A stretch of 64,000 nucleotides of DNA from Salpingoeca rosetta (lineage: Eukaryota > Protista > Choanoflagellata). Under the pieces are notes generated by a model. The model was not told where the DNA came from, made no database searches, and was given only the letters and a program-made list of their open reading frames with translations. Every line of letters begins with the position of its first letter. Within the stretch, counting starts at the first letter, position 1. A program made the translations under genes and the position numbers. The stretch covers positions 830,719 to 894,718 of the forward strand of contig JAWQFM010000007.1 in assembly GCA_033442325.1 (NCBI GenBank), read 5' to 3'. Positions 58,929 to 64,000 of the stretch are shown piece by piece.

Positions 58929-59474
58929 TTGCTGCCTGGCACTCTGTTGTTTCGTGACTCCCGTCTCGGCTTCTTCGATTGCTCCACACCACCACGACAC
59001 CGCCACCAGCAGCCAGCCGACGCGTCATCAGCCACTCACCTCCAACAAGCGTCTTGGCCACCTCCTTGACGTGCGCCTCGCGCTTCAGGAAGGCCGACGC
59101 CTTGTAACTGCAGCAGCGGACGCGACGGGTGAGCAAAACAGGAGAAGGCGGTCGATGGCGAGCAGGCGGTATTACCAGAAGCAAGCAGTTTCACTACCAC
59201 GCCCCAAGCACCATGCACACCCGAAACTCTGTTGTGCCACGTGACGCGTGCAGACACAAGTACGCACTTGTCTGATTCTCGAATGGCGCACGTGAGAATG
59301 TTAAAGATGAGCCGATCCCGCAGCACAAAGCCCATCAACCGCTGCACACACACACACACACACACATGTGCAAGCGTGTGTCCACGGCAGCGTGGTGAGT
59401 TGAAGATGTTTCACCAACGCATGAGAGCATAGTACGACAGGTGTACTTGTGCGAGAGCCTTTTTCCTCCCTGCA

Positions 59475-59544
<70 letters not shown>

Positions 59545-59552
59545 GCACGCAT

Positions 59553-59586
<34 letters not shown>

Positions 59587-60155
59587 GACGCAAACAGCGA
59601 TGATGGTGAACACACCAGGCATCGTCGCTCAGCGTTGTCCTCGCCACGCTCGATCTTCTCCTTGACCGGGTCGGGAAGATGGGTGGAGAACACATTGGTA
59701 TACAGGAACGAAGCGAGCTGCACAAGTACATTGCGTTTGAGAGGTGGGCATTTGTGGGGGTCAACATGAAGATGAAGAAGCAACCCCAGGCATGGCAGCA
59801 ACACTATGGTAAGGTGCAAGCAGCTGTGGCACAGCTGCGTACGACAATGCTCAAGAGTTGGGAGGACATACCCTGCTTGTTCTGACGAAAAACCGGCCTG
59901 CAAGCGTACTGTTTGGTAGCTGTCATGCATCACATCTCATCGCACGTGTGAGCAGGATCAAACGCCACAGTCTGAACGTGTCAGCGAGCATGCAACGCGA
60001 ACACGGAATGCAGCAGGGTGCATGGCAGAGCGAACAGAAAAGAACCTCTTCTCACGAGGCAGCTCTTACCACAGCGCCGTCCATGAAGAGATGGAGCAGC
60101 GGCTTTGTAACACCCTCGCTCGCCATGCTGCATCATGAGCCAAGCAAAAGGCATG

Positions 60156-60241
<86 letters not shown>

Positions 60242-61089
60242 CACCGGCATTGTTGTTGTGGTGAGTGTGTGTGTGAAATGAACATGGGTGTACATTCATC
60301 TGGTGCAGGAGAGCTCGTGGAGCACGGAGGGAGATCAGACACTTACACAACGCCATCCTGTAGCGCTCGCTGCTGCTGCCGCGCCATCTGTAGTTTCAAG
60401 CCCAGCAACCAAAAGATGTGTGGCACGTATGTGAGTTGCAAGTTGAAGCGCTATCGTCGCCATTGTCGTGGCAGCGCGTTGTCACGCTGAATCAACAGGC
60501 AGCAAACACAGCCAGTCATAGCGGCAGTGTGAAAACAAGAATAGCAGCCTTGAGCATGGCGCATACCGTGGCAATGTTCTGTGTCAGCTCCATCAGGTAT
60601 TTGAGTTGGTGCGGCAACTACACGATTGAACGCAGGTCAGCACGATTGAACACAGGTGAACACGGGTGAACAAGGGTGAACAAGGGTGAACATGGGTGAA
60701 CATGGGTGAACAAGGGTGAACACGGGTAAACAAGGGTGAACACGGGTGGAACCACACTCATACATACACACACACATACATACACACATACATCCACACA
60801 TACATACACACACACATACATACACACATACATACACACATACAAGCACACGCACACGCACACGCACACGCACACGCACACGCACACGCACACACAATGC
60901 AACAACTCAAGGAGGAGCAAAAAGTCAAAAGCTACAGAGCCGCCTTCTGAACACCCAACGCACACACACACACACGCACACACACACACACGCACACACA
61001 CACACACACGCACACACACACACACGCACACACACGTTGCGTACCATGCACGACATGTGCGGGCCGCTCGGGTGCGGGTGGCTTGCCAT
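53802..61089 (-). CDS. Large multi-exon protein with a DysF (dysferlin/Pex24-type) domain
   Basis: [10 protein letters not shown]...[16 protein letters not shown] and downstream [10 protein letters not shown] are DysF N- and C-terminal motifs. An acidic/poly-Q exon spans about 57405-58770. Last exon [34 protein letters not shown]. The start and single-gene status are uncertain. Confidence 0.55.
60651..60750 (+). repeat. 10-bp intronic minisatellite (CANGGGTGAA)n
   Basis: About 10 tandem units with a variable third base. Confidence 0.9.
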
Positions 61090-61430
61090 GTTGTCCGTTC
61101 GTCGCCTTTCGCGTGGTGTGGTCGTGTTTGTTTGTTTGTCTGTCTGTTGGATGTGTCGTCGGACAAGTAAATGAATGGACGCACAGGATGGGAGAAGGAC
61201 ACACCAACCAAAACAAACAAAAGCAGACAACAGTTTCTGATGAGTCAGAGAACTACAGTTTATTCTGTCGTATTCACAAATTTGGCGACACATGACATAC
61301 AAAAACACAGTAGCTACACGAAGACAACAACACACACATGCACACATGCACATACATGCACACACATCTCACACACGCACGTCACACACACATGCACACA
61401 TATGCACACACATGCAGCTGTGTCATGTTG

Positions 61431-62965
61431 TCACTTTGGTGACAGGTGCCACCAACCACGGCTGCGTTTGGGGGGTGGGGATATGTCGCTGATATCCGTC
61501 TCCTCCTGCTCATCGTCGTCATCGTCATCGTCATCGTTGATCTCGGCTTCACCCCCAAGCGGTGGCAAACGGGGCGGCTGTCCTGCTTTCGCTCGCTTGT
61601 TCCCCTCGCCCGCCTCCTCCCCGTCACCTTTCTTCTCCTTCTTGGGTGCGTGATCTTCGTGCGCAGCGGGGCCGCTACCATCCCCATCTCCATCGTCATA
61701 GCCGCTCGCTCTTCGCTTCTTCGCGTCCTGGCCTATCGCGGGCGTGCCATCTTCCCTGCTGGCGATCAGCTGGCTTACGTGGATCGAGGGTGCCGGCTCG
61801 GCCATCCTGGTGAGCAGCCCGTCCCGCCCAAGCAGCGCATCCACCAGTGCCCGCCACTTGCTCGACTCAAAGCCGGAAACAAACTCAAGCCGCCCAACCG
61901 TCTGCACGCACATGCAACGCCACATGAGCACATGCAAGAGGGATAAAGATGAACACACGCAAAGCGTGCAATAGAATCAATGTGGATGCATACACACACG
62001 CACACACACACGCACACACACACGCACACACACACGCACACACACACACGCACATCGCCTGGCTTACTTCGGGCTTGAGAACGCTGATGTAGTCGCGCCA
62101 CATCCTGAGGATAAAGGCGAGCTTGGTCATGAGGTTCTTGCCCTCTTTGAAGGAGCGCAAAATCTGCACCGCGAGAACCACCAGCAATTTGTACGCAATA
62201 CGTGAGCGCCTTAAATACATCATCGCTTCGCGGGAACGCGCAGCAACAAACAAAGCACGTCGCACGCTCTCGCATCTCCACAACCCGTAAACACACACAC
62301 ACGCACATATGCACGCCACATATACGTATACACACATATACGCATGCACATACACACACATACACACGCGCACCTTGAGGGAGTTTTCGAGCTGACCCAC
62401 GTCCTGGCAGAGGAGGAGAAAGCCGATGATGGCGTCGTGTATTTGGAAGCCAGATGTCGGCTGGGTGTGGAACGATGTCTCCAACAGCAGGCTGCGAATC
62501 AGCTTCACCTGTGCAGCGCATCATGCACACACACACACACAGAGTGAGCAACCAGCAATTGGCAAAGCAGGCATGTTCAACACATGAAAAAACACGCATG
62601 CGCACGGCGCGAAGCAATCGTCGCCTGGCCTCACCCATGTCTTCGGTTTGCGGAAGACAAGTCCGAGCTTGCAGTTGAAGGCTTCCTTGCGCTTTGTGCG
62701 GGTGGACGCCTCGTCCACATATGGACGAAGGACAGGTGACACGTGCCCGGCCTCCATGTGCCGCAAGTTGTTCATCGTTGCCGCCATGGCCCACGTAAAC
62801 CAGAACGAGGCATGCTGCACCCACGTCACGCCACGCACGTCCACAAGCAAACACGCATGCCCGCGCAGTGAGGAAATGGGTATGGCACACACGACACAGC
62901 ACGATGCAACATCACACAATGCGCATCGTGCCAGCAAACAAATGAACAGTCACACACACACGCAC

Positions 62966-63013
<48 letters not shown>

Positions 63014-64000
63014 CACACACACAACACACACACACACACACACAAACAGCGCCGCAGCGTAGCATGCGCACTGACCCCCTTCTCAAAGACGGTGCGGAGA
63101 AAGTCGGAGAGCTTGCCGCGGCGCCGCAGGTGGCTGTCCAGCCGAAGCAGCAGTAGCGGCGAGTTGCGTACAGCGTCCCCGAGAATGTCAAGGTCAAAGC
63201 TCAACACCATCGAATCACCTGCATCACCACACACAAATCACGAGGTAGTTGTGTGCGCGTTGGTGTGTGAGGTGGCCATTTTGCGCATGTGCATGCGTGC
63301 ATGCATGCGTGTACCGTGACACCACAGCTGCAGCAGACAACAACGCAACAACACCAGCCAGCCACCACTCAGAAGAAACCATTGTGCAACCGACCGTAAT
63401 CATGGAAGATCGTGTCCACACACTGCTCAACCAAGCACGTTGTCGACAGCAGCACGCGCTCTGGTTCACGCATGACCCGCAGCAGCGACTGCACAGCGCG
63501 GCCCATCTCAAACCTGCACACACACACACACATGGTGTGTGTAAGGATGCACGTCAATATAGTGATGGTGATGGCTGTTGAACGCGGTTGATGTGGAGAT
63601 GCGCAGCACAAAACGAATCTCTGCACGCACATGCACACACACACACACACACACACAAGTACGCACGCACACACACACGCACACAAGTACGCACGCACAC
63701 ACACACGCACACAAGTACACACAATCACCTTGAAGCGAGACCGGGCTTCTCTGCCATGAAGCCCTCGATGACCATAAACGCAAGACCTTTGCTGTTCGAT
63801 GGCGAGCGGACTTGGCTTGGGTCCAAAAACGAGTACGACACGTTATCCTCAACACCAAGCATCTCTGCGCGTTGCACGCACGACACGCAAGGCACACATG
63901 TTCAGTCGCACACAGGCAGGCGTGAGCCCCACCACGCATGCGCGGAAGACAAACAGCCAAGCACAAACACAAGCGCAAACACAAACACAAGCGCAAGCGC
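61431..64000 (-). CDS. Hypothetical protein, 3' part (gene begins beyond the window)
   Basis: GT-AG flanked exons encode FEMGRAVQSLLRVMREPER, DSMVLSFDLDILGDAVRNSPLLLLRLD, KLIRSLLLETSFH and ILRSFKEGKNLMTKLAFILRMWRDY. The last exon has an acidic tail and basic NLS-like motifs and stops at 61431. Confidence 0.6.

Overview
Intron-rich eukaryotic DNA with (CA)n/(TG)n microsatellites in most introns and poly-Gln exons. The style suggests a choanoflagellate such as Salpingoeca (inference). Most ORFs in the six-frame track are repeat artefacts; family assignments below come from recalled motifs, not database searches. By manual splicing I find 14 protein-coding loci: TRAF7-like, a caveolin-like protein, CCDC157-like, NmrA-like, mitochondrial uL1, LRRC27-like, two FBXO4-like copies, an FHA/coiled-coil FHAD1-like gene, SLC25A44-like, a MYND-finger protein, an atypical Ras-PH fusion, a DysF-domain protein and a partial hypothetical gene. 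The most striking feature is a tRNA-Phe(GAA) gene, present twice, interrupted by a 41-nt intron in the T-loop (position 59/60) with relaxed bulge-helix-bulge geometry. Non-canonical tRNA introns of this kind are known mainly from archaea and a few algae. Both tRNA copies lie in an inverted duplication of about 3.1-3.3 kb (28243-31373 and 47123-50471) that also carries FBXO4 and brackets about 15.7 kb.
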